Source: Octopus vulgaris
Taxonomy: Eukaryota
DNA length: 64,000 nucleotides
Direction of reading: 5' to 3'
NCBI GenBank assembly: GCA_951406725.2
Contig: OX597836.1
Coordinates: forward strand, 34,348,001 to 34,412,000
The position numbers and the translations under genes are program-made. Within the stretch, counting starts at the first letter, position 1, and every line of letters starts with the position of its first letter. Shown in pieces: positions 1 through 14,754 of the stretch. A model generated the notes under the pieces. That model saw nothing but the letters and a program-made list of their open reading frames with translations, made no database searches and was not told where the DNA came from.

Positions 1-98
1 GCATTGTGACCAGTGATATGTAACAACATCTGAAAGCCTGGTCGCTCACGTGATCACGTGATGAAGAACTCGTCCAAAATTTCAACCCATTAGCTTAA

Positions 99-1085
99 GC
101 GCAGGTGTCACTGTATGGTAAAAAGCTTCAAAACAACATGGTTCCGGTTTCGATCCCACCGCGTTGCCCTTCGGGCTAGTGTCTTTTATGATAGCCCCGG
201 GCCATCCAAAACCTTGTACGTAGATATGGTCGATGGAAAGTTGAAGAAATCCGTCGTATATGTGTATATGGGACGCGCGTGTGTGTATGGGTCTTTGTGT
301 TTGTCCTCCAAAACCACTTGACAACTAGCGTTGGTTTGTTTACGTCCTTGTAATATAGTGGTCCGGCAAAAGAAAGATCGATATAATAAGTAGCAGGCTT
401 TAATAATAAATATTAAATATGGTTTATGATTACAAATATCTTGGGTCATACATATCATCATCTGAAAAAGATTTTCTAACAAGAAAGGGTATGGCTTGGT
501 CAGCCTGTAATGATATGCATAAGATTTGGTCATCAAATCTAAGTAGAGATTTCAAACTTAAAATCTTCAAAGCCACAGTCGAACCAATTCTACTATATGG
601 CTCAGAAACCTGGACGTTATCAAAGAGGTTTGAGAGGCGGTTGGATGGAACCTACACTCGCCTCCTTATGAGAGCTCAAAATCTCTCGTGGACGCGTCAT
701 CCAACCAAAGTACAAATATATGGGAAATTACCACCTGTGTCATCTCTTGTGAAAGGTAGAAGAGTCCAGTTTGCTGGACATTGTTGTAGGGCTGAAAACG
801 ACGTAATTTCTACTCTTCTCCTCTCAAAGCCATCTGCTCGCGATACCAGAGGGCGCACACTCTCCTACCCTGATGTAATCTCCAGGGATACAGGCATCCA
901 GCAACGGGACCTCCGTAATGCTATGATGGACCGTGAATTCTGGCGTAACATAGTCGAACCACGGTCGAACAATGATGATGATGAAGATTAATAATAAATA
1001 ATTACTGATGTGGAGTTTTTGACTAAATTTCTTCAAGGCTGTGCCCCAGCATGACCGCAGGTTGATGGCTGAAACAAAGATAATA
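99..1085 (+). mobile_element. SINE family A, diverged copy split by an RTE LINE insertion (head 99-420, tail about 1035-1085)
   Basis: tRNA-like head and body match the other family A copies; the tail aaggctgtgccccagcatgaccgcag resumes after the LINE. Confidence 0.75.
419..1000 (+). mobile_element. 5'-truncated RTE-clade LINE (C-terminal RT/thumb region) with (GAT)n/(TAA)n tail
   Basis: ORF 419-991 contains YKYLGS, ILLYGSETWTL and FAGHC, typical of the RTE ORF C-terminus; short repeat tail follows the stop. Confidence 0.9.
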
Positions 1086-1273
1086 AATAAAAAAAAAACT
1101 TTTTTTGACCCATTTATTGTCTTTTCTCAGCAACATAGAAAGATCACCTGACAGGATACTCTAAACCGTCTTTCCCTGCATCCGATCAGCTACATGTAAT
1201 GGGAGACAAATACTTTATCCTCGAATTGTAACCAGACCTTTTATATCAAATATCTACAGAGCCGTGTCCACCA

Positions 1274-2010
1274 TGTGTATGCGTATGCATGCATGTATGT
1301 ATGTATGTGTGAATGTTTGTGTGTATATATGTATGTATGCATGTATGTATGTATGTAGGTATGTATGTATGTATGTATGTATGTATGTATGCATGTATGT
1401 ATGGATGTATGTATGTATGTGTGTATGTATGTATGTATGTATGTATGTATGAATGTATGTATGTATGCATGCATGTATGTATGTATGTGTGAATGTTTGT
1501 GTATGTATGTATGTATGTATGTATGTATGTATGCATGCATGTGTGTGTATATATGTGTGTGTATTTATGTAATGTATGTATTAATGCGTCTATGTATGTA
1601 TGTTTGTGTGTATGTATGTGTGAGTGTGTATACATGTAATGTACGTATGTATTGCATGTATGTATGGGTATATGTATGTATGTATGTGTATGCATGTGTA
1701 TGTATGTAATGTATGTATGTGTGTGTATATGTATGTATGCATGTCAGTATTTATGTATGTGTGTAATTTATTCATGTAGGCATGTATATATGTATCTCAG
1801 TATGTGTGTATGCATGTATGTATGTGTGTACATGTATGTGTGTGTTTGTAAGTACGTGTGTCTGCATGTCTACGTATGTATGCATGTCTACGTATGTATG
1901 CATGTCTACGTATGTATGCATGTCTACGTATGTATGCATGTATGTATATTTCTTCGTATGTATGCATATATGCATGTATGTATGTATGTATGTATGTATA
2001 TGTATGTGAG
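1274..2010. repeat. (TATG)n compound microsatellite with an 18-bp tgcatgtctacgtatgta subrepeat
   Basis: Direct inspection. Confidence 0.95.
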
Positions 2011-2114
2011 TGCATTAATCTAACTGCTTTAGTGCCTATGAGTTGATATATTTGTGGACGTGTGTATATGATGCGTATAAACATGCATGTATTTGTAATA
2101 TTTTTGTTAATCTG

Positions 2115-2330
2115 AGGCGGCGAGCTGGCAGAATCGTTAGCGCACGGGACGATATGCTGAGCACTATTTCGCTCGTCGCTACGATGCGAGTTCAAATTCC
2201 ACCGAGGTTGACTTTGCCTTTCATTTTTTCGGGGTCGATAAAATAAGTGCCAGTGAAACATTGGGGTTGCTGTATATTGACTAGTCCCCTTCCTATAAAT
2301 TTGAAGCCTCTTGCCTATAAGCAGAATGCA
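2115..2330 (+). mobile_element. SINE family B (tRNA-derived), variant tail
   Basis: ggcggcgagctggcagaa head, B box gagttcaaattcc, gcctttcat...ggggtcgataaa core. Confidence 0.85.
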
Positions 2331-2672
2331 TTATTTCAGCAAATTTAAAGTGGTTTTTTCTTTTGTAAATACCAGAAGACGAGTTGTTAAACAAAATGAA
2401 CGCACTGCGTGAGAGTCAATACATACATAAAGACTATTGAAAAGGTTGCAAGACGCAACGAAAATTTTAGGAAAACAAAAATAAGAAAAGAGTGGAAATT
2501 TTATCGGTGAGTGTGTTAAATTATAAGGCACAAAAAGAAAATGACTCTCCCCAGACACAACAGAATATATATACATATGTATATATATATATATATATAT
2601 AATCTTTCTATCTATTAATCTGTATATATATACATACATTCATACATACATATATATATATATACATACATT

Positions 2673-2715
<43 letters not shown>

Positions 2716-2784
2716 GTATTTATGTGTATGAATATATAAGTATATTTTTTGAATGAATCTGTGTGTGCGTGTATATGTATGTAT

Positions 2785-2817
<33 letters not shown>

Positions 2818-3514
2818 CACACGCACGCATACACACTCTATCAGGTTAACTCAGCTCCACATTACTTAAAGTTTCTTGCTTGGGCATCTAGGAGCTTGTT
2901 TTTTGATATTATAGTGAAATCCGTTCATTCATTGGTAGGACTACGTAGTAGATCAGAGAGAAGTTTTGAGTCACTTAAATACGTATTCCAAACTTTTATA
3001 TTTCAGCGACATCAGCTTTTGAAATTAGATTTTACAGGTGACAACACAGACGACATCTTGGCGTCAGTTTGTTGTCATTCTATATGGGTGTGGTGCTTCT
3101 ACAACAATTACAGGAAGCAAAGTTAACCGATTTGATTATGCAAGATCATATTGAGCAACACGTGTGATTAGTTAGCTGTAATCTCAAGTAGTAGATATAC
3201 ACTACACTCCAATTGTTTGTGGCAACTAGGCCTGGTTTATCCCATATAATTCACTGGTTTTTGAAGCTCATTAACGGCGCACACCTCTGTTGGTAATAAT
3301 AAGATAGGTCAGTTTTCTTATTTGTCAATATTTCGGACTGATGAAGTATGTTCAATCTTTCACCGATGCGATATGGACAGTTACGAGCTCCGGGTGTGTA
3401 AAGAGAAGACCTGGTTTCGGAGTCTCCAGATGAAGCGGGGTAAGGAGATGAGGTTTTCCCCGTCTACCTAGAGGAGCGTAAGTGTTGCGAACATATTAAT
3501 GTCATTAGCTGTTA

Positions 3515-3735
3515 TACCTATTTCTTTATTACCCACAAGGGGACAAACAAAGACAGACATAGGTATTAAGTCGATTACATCGACCCCAGTGCGTAACTGG
3601 TACTTAATTTATCGACCCCGAAAGGATGAAAGGCAAAGTCGACCTCGGCGGAATTTGAACTCAGAACGTAGCGGCAGACGAAATACCGCTCAGCATTTCG
3701 CCCGGTGTGCTAACGTTTCTGCCAGCTCGCCGCCT
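3515..3735 (-). mobile_element. SINE family B
   Basis: Near-identical to the other B copies. Confidence 0.9.
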
Positions 3736-4422
3736 TGTTATTAGCCGTTATACCTGTGTTGTGTCTCATGATGCTATTGGATAGTATTGAGAGGCAGGAT
3801 TTTCTTAATGAATCATTGATAGGATTTCGGCAGTTACCGCTTGGAGCGTGAGGTGAAGACCGAGTGTGAGCATGCTTCATTTCGTTCAAGTTTCCAGTGC
3901 TGGAAGCAATATTAGCATGAGATCTCACGTTGACGTTATGAGAATTAAAAGCGTTTATGATATATATGGGCTGTAGAGAAATGCTCTTCAATTAACATTA
4001 GAAGTCTTCAAACTATTATAGTTGCAGGCATAACTGATTAACCTAAGTTACCTTTCGCTTTCTAAGTCTCTTCGGAGTTGAGTGGGATGGGGCTATCCTC
4101 TGTATGCACTAATTTATCTTTAAAATCACTTCTCTCTAAGGAATCAGCGATGTAACCACCCGAACGTCAAAGTTAGCTTCAGTTGCCTTTCCAATGCTGG
4201 TAACTTTAGTGCTAAACCGCAAAGTAATTTAGTGTGGATTCGCACATAATGTTTCACTCGCACTTCAACATTTCGTAATCTAGCATATGGCTATGTGTGT
4301 TAGATTACACGCTTTACGTCTGTGCAAATCTTAAATCAATGTATTAGTGGGACATCAATTGTCTATCTCTTTGTCTCTCAGTGTTTCCTCTCCTACTATC
4401 TATCTGTTTGTCTATCTATCTA

Positions 4423-4453
<31 letters not shown>

Positions 4454-4459
4454 TGTATG

Positions 4460-4490
<31 letters not shown>

Positions 4491-4498
4491 TTATCTAC

Positions 4499-4573
<75 letters not shown>

Positions 4574-4624
4574 CCTACCTACCTATCTGTCTGTCTGTCT
4601 AGCTTGCTATCTGAATGTGTCATG

Positions 4625-4684
<60 letters not shown>

Positions 4685-5829
4685 GGTGTATGTGGAGTTG
4701 GAGAGGTACAGCGAGAAAGATAAAGAGAAACGAAAGAGGGATGAACAACAGAGAACTGAAACTGAATCAGTGTACCGTGATAGGGCCGTAATTCCATTGA
4801 TTCAGCCATGTGGAAAACCTAATAACACGGAATGTTTATAGATATGCATGCCTCCACTTGTTGAATGTTGTCTGTCTAGACGTGCTGAGTGACTAGGTCA
4901 AAGGGCAATCTGATTTGCCTCTCTTTGTTAAGCTGTTGGGTTCTAAGCTTATATCCTGTCACACAACGCACAGAAACCTTAGACGATGCATGTAACAAGT
5001 CAACGTGGGAGCTTCTACCTGTTGTCACCGTATGCTAGATATAGAAACCAAATCTCACTCAAATCACACGTTGCTGCCTGATGATGAAATTGAGAGATTA
5101 AAATCACATGCTCTCGTGTAATTTAAACTTACACCTTTTATTATGGGTCTGCTCAATCACGGCTCAATTATGGCCAAACATCATCACTACCACCACAGCC
5201 ATCAACACGAACCCCGCTGTACTCTTTCACCAAAACTTGCTCTCACTCTTTCTTCCTACTTTTGCCACAAACCAGAGGAACCATGGTGTAACCTACTATA
5301 GTGTGGTAAACATTCAGACCCTAGTCTAGATTGCGAATCCTCTGTACCCCAGGATGGTTCACCCGTTAAAAGTCACCTATTTTCTATTTTTTGTTCGTAC
5401 TTTGTCTTTTGGTTACAGGCACAAACACACGAGCACACACACTCACAAGCACACATACACATAGAAACATACAAACAAATAATCAAACATAGCATCGAAC
5501 TTACCAATCTAGGAAACGATCCTTGCAGAAAATAGTTACCAAACCACTTTAAAAAACACTTTATTGTAGTTAAAAAAAGGAAGGACAGATTAGTTCTTAT
5601 AACCATAAAAAAACAATTTATATACAAGATGCTCACCCTTCAAACAGTTTTAAGCATAGTTATATTGCTCGAAACCACATCGGCAACAACAACAGCAATA
5701 TCAGTTAACCTCTATGTAGTCGAGTGATCTGCTAAAAATAGCAGCCAAAGTTTCTCAAATAACACATTAGTATTTAGGAAAGGAAGCAACATTCGATAAT
5801 ATATCCTTGGATATACTATATCTTTTTTT

Positions 5830-6041
5830 TTCTTTTATTTGTTTCAGTCATTTGACTGTGGCCATGCTGGGGCACCACCTTTAGTCGAGCAAATCGACCC
5901 CAGGATTTATTCTTTGTAAGCCTAGTACTTATTCTATCGGTCTCTCTTGCCGAACTGCTAAGTGACGGGGACTTAAACCCACCAGCATCGGTGGTCAAGC
6001 GATGTTGGTGGGGGGACAAACACAGACACACAAAGACACAC

Positions 6042-6106
<65 letters not shown>

Positions 6107-6270
6107 CGACGGGTTTCTTTCAGTTTCCGTCTACAAAATCCTCTCACAAGGCTTTGGTCGGCCCGAGGCTATAGTAGAAGACACTTGCCCAAGGTGCCAC
6201 ACAGTGGGACTGAACCCGGAACCATGTGATTGATAAGCAAGCGACTTACCACACGGCCACTCCTGCGCCT
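5830..6270 (-). mobile_element. SINE family A, full length
   Basis: A box TGGCCGTGTGG, B box GGTTCAGTCCC, CORE-like CCTTGGGCAAGT, internal (TA)/(TG) tract, 3' cagtc-aaat-gactg hairpin. Confidence 0.92.
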
Positions 6271-6587
6271 GCATTTGAAAAATAAGTTGGTCATGGTTGG
6301 AATGTTTTAACTCAAAAATCAACTTGAACAGGTTGACGTGACTCTAAACGTTAATAAGGACATGAAGAGATATGAAGACATGAAAAATAAAATCGAAGAC
6401 ACAATTCAACACATAAATTTTATTTGACCAGAAAAAGCGTTCAGATAAGATCGATGTTGAAATACAGAATGACAGACCACACCTAACAGGAAAAGCAGAT
6501 ATTTGGAGAGAAACATTATATCTTCGCTAGTAAAATCGAATGCCAAATATCCTGGATTTGCTGAGTGTTGTAATCAGTGAGTAATTC

Positions 6588-6637
<50 letters not shown>

Positions 6638-6639
6638 AT

Positions 6640-6872
6640 GTTTTTCTTTATTGCCCACAATGGGCTAAACATAGACGGGACAAACAAAGACAGACAAAGG
6701 GATTAAGTTGATCAGATCGACCCCAGTGCGTACCTGGTACTTTATTTATCGACTCCGAAAGGATGAATGGCAAAGTCGACCTCGGCGGAATTTGAACTCA
6801 GAACGTAACGGTAGACGAAATACAGCTAAGCATTTTGCCCAGTATGCTAACGTTTCTGCCAGCTCGCCGCCT
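6640..6872 (-). mobile_element. SINE family B
   Basis: Matches the B consensus seen in this window. Confidence 0.9.
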
Positions 6873-6907
6873 TTTCTATTATAATATTTTCTATTATTTT
6901 CATTTTC

Positions 6908-6944
<37 letters not shown>

Positions 6945-6946
<2 letters not shown>

Positions 6947-7286
6947 CTTTTACTTGTTTCAGTCAGTTGACTGCGGCCATGCTGGAGCACAGCCTTCAGT
7001 CGAGCAAATCGACCCTAGGACTTATTCTTTGTAAGCCTAGTACTTATTCTATCGGTCATTTTTGCCGAACCGCTAAGTGACGGGGACGTAAACACACCAG
7101 CATCGGTTGCCAAGCGATGTTGGGGGGACAAACATAGACACACAAACATATACACACACATACATATATATACATATACATATATATATACATATACATA
7201 TATACGACGGGCTTCTTTCAGTTTCCGTCTACCAAATCTACTCACAAGGCTTTAGTCGTCCCGAGGCTATAGTAGAAGACACTTGC
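6945..7286 (-). mobile_element. SINE family A, head missing
   Basis: Matches A up to agacacttgc, then switches to LINE sequence. Confidence 0.9.
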
Positions 7287-8075
7287 GCCAGGTGCATTTC
7301 GCAAAACTCCGCATACCTGGCTGAGAGGCGCGGCATACCATGGAGATAGGAGGTGAAATCCACCACTGTCCCAGAAACACCACGCGCCCCATACAGTTCG
7401 GCGAAGTACCGCTGAAATTCCATATACATCTGCTTCGACTCGGTTATCGTATGCCCTTCACAGTTCGTCAAAGACCGAATTGTTGCTTTGTTTCCACGTA
7501 GCGTCTCTGCAACCCGGGCCCATTGAACGGCTTTCGTCCCCTCCCGTCTTAGTGCACGCACCCTAGCTCTGACTAGGTAACCTTCGTGCTTGACACTGAA
7601 GAATTTATCAAGAGGCAATCTCGCCGCTAGCGTGTCGGTCGCTATGCCGTTCCTAAGCGCCTCTTCTAAATTTCTAACTAGATCTCCCTCTATCCTAGAT
7701 TCCTCTATTTTCTTACTAAAACCTGCCGCCTCTACTCTAACAACCGATTTCAGGGCTATTCACCATCCGTTGTTGATTATTGCGCCGGCCAACTTCCAAT
7801 AGAATAACTTGCTAACCCTGTCTCTGAAAGACTTGCGCGCCAGGAAGGACGCGTTCAGCTTCCAGTATCTGGGGTTCTGTCTATGGATCCTATCTATGTC
7901 AACCGCACAGATCACGTATTTATGGTTCATGTACCCGACAACTTTGAAATATGAACAACTTATACTACCTCTATCTACATGCCTACAAAATCCTCTATCT
8001 AGATACGATCTGGAAGACCCGTTGGCACCCTGGATGGTTTTCTCCATTGTATAGGGTTCGCGTACCTCTGTTGTT
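7287..8075 (-). mobile_element. L1/Tx1-clade LINE ORF2 fragment (end of APE endonuclease plus linker), disrupted
   Basis: Translations SRSYLDR...NHK...YWKLNASFL and LVRAR...FQRYFAELY resemble Tx1/L1 ORF2; stops and frameshifts present. Confidence 0.8.
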
Positions 8076-8150
8076 GGAGATGAGGCTAGTTTTCTGAACA
8101 GATTTATGTTGTTGCTGTTGCTGTTGTTGGAGATGCGATGTAGGCTGCAG

Positions 8151-8192
<42 letters not shown>

Positions 8193-8231
8193 TCTCAAAA
8201 TTTAATATACAATTATTCATAATTGTAGTAT

Positions 8232-8323
8232 CCTACGCCGATGAGAAAAGAAGTTTGGGAAAGGTAGAATTTTCTAATTCTTATGCTTTCCTAAAACTTG
8301 ATTTCGAAACGTACGTCCGTAGG
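8232..8323 (+). ncRNA. Type I hammerhead ribozyme motif (U4C), apparently intact
   Basis: Helix I CCTACG/CGTAGG; core CCGATGA; long helix II GAAA..TTTC; GAA; palindromic helix III ACGTACGT; GUC cleavage triplet at 8315-8317. Confidence 0.85.
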
Positions 8324-8510
8324 TAACTTAAAATTGTATGATAGATTGCCGTCATTTCATTCTTTCTTACCTGTCTGTGTTTGCCTTTCAAGTGCTGTGT
8401 TTTTACTGAGATCTCCCTTTTAGTAGAAGGAATAGCTATATCTCTTTGACTGCTATTTCTAAATTCGGTGTGTTGGTGAGGCAATTCGTTGCTAAACCCT
8501 TAATTGCTTA

Positions 8511-8562
<52 letters not shown>

Positions 8563-8571
8563 TTCTGTCTG

Positions 8572-8620
<49 letters not shown>

Positions 8621-8634
8621 ATATATATATCTCT

Positions 8635-8995
8635 CTTTTACTCTCTTTTACTTGTTTCAGTCATTTGACTGCGGCCATGCTGGAGCACCACCTTTTAGTA
8701 CTTATTCTATCGGTCTCTTTTTTTGCCGAACCGCTAAGTGACGGGGACGTAAACACACCAGCATCGGTTGTCAAGCAATGCTAGGGGGACAAACACAGAC
8801 ACACAAACACACACACATATACATATATATACATATATACGACAGGCTTCTTTCAGTTTCCGTCTACCAAATCCACTCACAAGGCATTGGTCGGCCCGGG
8901 GCTATAGCAGAAGACACTTGCCCAAGATGCCACGCAGTGGGACTGAACCCGCAACCGTGTGGTTGGTTTGCAAGCTACTTACCACACAGCCACTC
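8635..8995 (-). mobile_element. SINE family A (internal deletion)
   Basis: Matches A. Confidence 0.9.
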
Positions 8996-9559
8996 ATATA
9001 TATATTTATATATATATATATATATCTATAATCTGTCGATCTATCTATCTGTTTATCTATATATCTATATATCTACTTCTATGTGTGTGAGTGTGTGTGT
9101 GTGTGTGCGTGTGTATTTTGTCTATCTGACTGTCGGTCTTACCTATCTATCCACATGTCTATTCCTCTATGTTGTTAGAAATCTACTTAGCTAGCTGACT
9201 AACCAACCAACCAACCAACCAAGCACATAACCATCATATCCATCGCTTTTCAGAAATGATGAGAGAGAGATAAAGTGTGTGTGAGAGAAAGAGAGAGAGG
9301 GAGAGAGAGAGGAAGAGAGAGAGAGAAACACAGAGAGAGAGAGAGAGAGACATGAAAATAAATACCGGTTCATAAACAGCCAATGAAAGAGTACGTTGTA
9401 ATCTCGTCAACGATTTATTACTGTTTAATATCTTGGGCTGTTTATTGAGACGGGGCTTTATTGCATTCGACCGGTCCTTATTCCTCTCTTGTACACAGTT
9501 CTGCGAAAACACACACACACACACACCAGCTGCTGTGTATATGAGTTGTACGGTGTGCA

Positions 9560-9652
9560 TATGTACGTATGTATGTATGTATGTATGTGTGTATGTATGT
9601 ATGTATGTATGTATGTGTGTATGTATATATGTATGTATGTAATGTATGTATG

Positions 9653-9686
<34 letters not shown>

Positions 9687-9956
9687 TGTATGTATGTATG
9701 TATGTATGTATGTATGTATGTATGTATGTATGTCTGTGTGTATGTATGTATGTATGTATGTATGTATGTGTGTGTATGTATGTATGTATGTATGTGTGTA
9801 TGTATGTATGTATGTATGTATGTATGTATGTATGTATGTATGTATATATGTGTGTGTGTATGTATGTATGTATGTATGTATGTGTGTATGTATGTATATA
9901 TGTATGTATGTGTGTATGTATGTATGTATGTATGTATGTATGTGTGTATTACATTT

Positions 9957-9990
<34 letters not shown>

Positions 9991-10129
9991 TATATGTGTA
10001 TGTGTGTGTGTGTGTGTTTGTGTGCATATATATACACTCACACAAACGTATATATATAGTTATATATATGTATATGAGTCTATCTGTCTGTGTATATATA
10101 TATATATATATACACACACACAAAAAGGC

Positions 10130-10192
<63 letters not shown>

Positions 10193-10210
10193 AAAAGGCA
10201 TATATATACT
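9560..10210. repeat. (TATG)n/(CA)n/(TA)n compound microsatellite
   Basis: Direct inspection. Confidence 0.95.
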
Positions 10211-10397
10211 CACACGCTAACCTACATAGCAACGTGTGTCAACCATTATTTAAAACGCACACATGCAGGAATAACTTTTAAGCACGTCTTCTTTAAGAAC
10301 GTCAGAACTAAAGAAAAACGATCTGAGAATTTGGTTGTTACACAGGGAAGGCAGACAGATAGATCAATAAACCATTGGATTGGTACTCTTGCTGTTC

Positions 10398-10598
10398 ACT
10401 CTTTTACTTATTTCAGTCATTTGACTGCGGCCATGCTGGAGCACCGGCTTTAGTTGAGCAAATCGACCCCAGGACTTATTCTTTGTAAGCCTGGTACTTA
10501 TTCTATCGGTCTATCCCTTGCCGAACCGCTGAGTTACGGGAACATAAACACACCAACATCGCTTGAACAGTGGTGATGGTGGGGGGGATAAACACTGA

Positions 10599-10678
<80 letters not shown>

Positions 10679-10840
10679 CGACGGGCTTCATTCAGTTTCT
10701 GTTTTCCAAATCCATTCGCGAGGCTTTGGGTGGCCCGAAGCTATAGTAGAAGACACTTGCCCAAATTGCCATGCAGTGGGACTGAACCCGGAACCACGAG
10801 GTTGAGAAAACAAACTTCTTACCACACAGCCACTCCTGCA
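10398..10840 (-). mobile_element. SINE family A, full length
   Basis: Matches A. Confidence 0.9.
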
Positions 10841-10914
10841 CAGAGCCATGCTATCACGAAGCAAGAAGTTATAGGGGGGAAAAAAAAAGAAGTAGAAGAA
10901 GAAGAAAAAGAAGA

Positions 10915-10967
<53 letters not shown>

Positions 10968-11386
10968 CAGCAGCAGCAGCAGGACGAGGAGGAAGATAGG
11001 GGTTGCGCATAACGAAATGCTTTGTTCCTATAAGTCATTGACATGTATATCAACTAACGAATGCACAAGAGTGGTTGATACTTAAACATTAGCTGACAGC
11101 TTTTGCGGTTATAAGACACAATGCAATCGTGTGAAATAATTTGGACGGTCAACTTAGGGAGTGTCACTCTGGTGCAATGGTTAGCACGACTATAGAATTT
11201 TGTAGCAGACATAGCATAGGTAAAATGTAGTAAACGCTTGATTTTTTTTTAATACATAGTTCGCTCTCACTGGTATAAATAATGAAGTCGTAGCACCTAC
11301 TACCTGTTGAAGCCATGAGCACTCTCACTGAATAATATCTCGCTTAAGAGCCTCCTCCTCCTCACCCTCTTCCTACTACAACAACA

Positions 11387-11433
<47 letters not shown>

Positions 11434-11443
11434 CACGACCACG

Positions 11444-11511
<68 letters not shown>

Positions 11512-11643
11512 ATAAATCTATCTATCTATTTCCCTCTTTTACTCACTCTCACTGTGTTTGTGTGTATATATATATATATATATACACGTGCATATATACA
11601 TACACGCACACACAAACATACATATATGTACATATAAACGAAG

Positions 11644-11689
<46 letters not shown>

Positions 11690-12444
11690 CATACATATAT
11701 ATACATATTAGCATAAGGACATATAGGAAGGCACACGCACAAACACACAAACACACACACACATATCCATAAATGCATACATATGCATTCATATGTATAA
11801 GTATTTATACCATTACGCACATGGACAAATATATACGAATACCCCGCAGTCGACCACAAACAGGAAAAGTACACACGAGTACACCATACACACACATACA
11901 CACACACACACACAAATACACATGCATACGTTCGTACATATACACAGGTACATACGTACATACATACATACGTACACACATATACACAGGTACATACGTA
12001 CATACGTACATACGTACGCACAAATACACAGGTACATACGTACATACATACATACATACATAGCCACATACACGCTCAGCAGAATTCAAAATTTCTATCC
12101 TGTGAGCTAGACTGATCTAAAAAAATCTAAATAGAGAAAGAATGTGCAGGTGTAACTTGCTCAATAAAATCCGGTTTATTTATGCTTACCATCCTTTCAC
12201 AGGAATTAGTGAAATACCATCAAATTCAAACCGTACTCCTTTTGAGGCTGTTGCCTTCCTTCCTTCTTTCTTTTTTTTTCTTTTTTCTGTTTTTTTTTTT
12301 CTTGAATTTAGGTTTTGTTGTTATTCGCTTCTATTTTTTTTTTCTTTTGCGCGCGGTTATCGCTTAAATATTTTTTGGCTTGTATATGTCTTTAAATGCA
12401 CGAGAGCTTACGTATGTGTGTGTGTATGTGCGAGCGTGTGTTTG

Positions 12445-12490
<46 letters not shown>

Positions 12491-12568
12491 CAGTAAGTTT
12501 ATATGTATATATATTTATATATACATAAGAGTAAGTTTATATATATATATACGTATATAAAGAAAGAT

Positions 12569-12688
<120 letters not shown>

Positions 12689-12845
12689 CACACACATATA
12701 TATATGTATATGTATATGAATATATGTACCGAATCTTCAGATTTTTCTATATATTAGGCCATTGGTTTTAAATTGATATTAATCCAATTAATACTCAATT
12801 TTTCACCTTTATTATCATAAATATATGTAGGAATGTAAGTGTGTG

Positions 12846-12882
<37 letters not shown>

Positions 12883-12914
12883 TTTTCTTAAAAGCAGCAA
12901 AAATATAACAAAAG

Positions 12915-12952
12915 CTGTTAATCAGAGTTTCACGTTCCCGTTCGTCGGACAG
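12915..12952 (-). ncRNA. Hammerhead-like motif (U4C)
   Basis: CTGT-CCGACGA-ACG GGAA CGT-GAA-ACTCTGATT-A-ACAG; same family as 40291-40430. Confidence 0.7.
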
Positions 12953-13110
12953 TTTTGTTAAAATGGAACAGAAATAACAATATGATCAAAACTAGTTAAA
13001 GGATACACCATTATATATGTATATATATATATATGCATATTTGTTGTGTGTGTGTGTTGTGTGCGTGAGTGCACGTATATATGTATATTTGTTTGTAGAT
13101 GTATGTGTCC

Positions 13111-13169
<59 letters not shown>

Positions 13170-13446
13170 CATACATACATACGTCTATATATATATTTAT
13201 AGTATACATGTGTGTATACAAGTACGTATTTTCTATATGTATATATATAGTATTTTTTTTCGCTTTCATTTCTTAAAGCTTCCCATTGCTGGAGTAAGAA
13301 CCAACCTATTGTCCAGAAGCAAGGGCTCTTTAATCAGACTGTGAATAGCATCCACCATGTATATGTGTATGAAAGACAGTATATCTATGTAATCTGCACA
13401 CGTATGAGGGTATGAGCGCAATAGCGCCTTTGAATCCCTGTTATAT

Positions 13447-13507
<61 letters not shown>

Positions 13508-13618
13508 CACGCGTATAGATATTATATGCTTATACACATACGTACAAACATACACACATACACTATAAATATACCCCATCATGGATCCAGTGCAATGGCT
13601 GAAGTAGATAAAAGATAT

Positions 13619-13683
<65 letters not shown>

Positions 13684-13690
13684 TATATAC

Positions 13691-13725
<35 letters not shown>

Positions 13726-13748
13726 CAGTAATATATATATATATATAT

Positions 13749-13783
<35 letters not shown>

Positions 13784-13930
13784 TATATATATGTGTGTGT
13801 GTGTATGTATGTATTTATATACCCGGAAGCCTGTGGTTGGGAAGCAAGATTCTTACCACACAGCCACGCCTGCGCCTATGTATAGTATATGTGTAGTGTG
13901 TGTGTATGTATGTATATATGTATATGTATG

Positions 13931-14004
<74 letters not shown>

Positions 14005-14754
14005 GTATATATGCACTTGTGCATGTACTAACAAGTGCAGGAAATTGCAATTAACACATCTCCAGTCAAATTAGCGCAGCCTAGCACATTCCAACACTAA
14101 TACTCTCATACAGCAACTCTCACACACACACACACACACAGAGCCACTTACACACACACACAGCCACTCACACACACACACGCACGCATATTCGCATAAA
14201 GAAGCATAAACTATTATCAAGAGAAGTGCATAAAACTGACAGGGGCGCACACAAACACAAACACACACACACACACATGCACATACACACATGCGCTCAC
14301 ATACACACACACACACACACACACACATACACACACGATGCCATTGGTGCATGCACATACAGAAATACACATAAATGCACAAACAATGAACCTCTTGACA
14401 AAATAGATAGATAGATAAATAGGCTAAGTGATGTAACAGGGCGAAAAAAGAATCGGAGATTCGAAAAATATGAAGAATAAAGTTTTTTTTAAATATGTCA
14501 GCAATATTTGGTGAAACATTTTTTAAAGATATTCTCCTTCCTCCAGCATCCTTCCTTCGTAAAAGAAAAAAAGGACCTTCCTATCATCATATACGACTAG
14601 GGAACAAATGAAACGCCAGGAACAGCTGCAGTAATATCACCGCCACCACCACCACCGCCACCGTTTTTCGTTTCAACCAATATGGCGTCGATGGTAACGA
14701 CTTCGACGACGACGATGACGACAAGAAACATCACCACCGTCTTTGCCACCAGCA

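Noticed and set aside
419-991. Host gene CDS
   Set aside because: It is a 5'-truncated RTE LINE fragment whose start codon comes from flanking SINE sequence.
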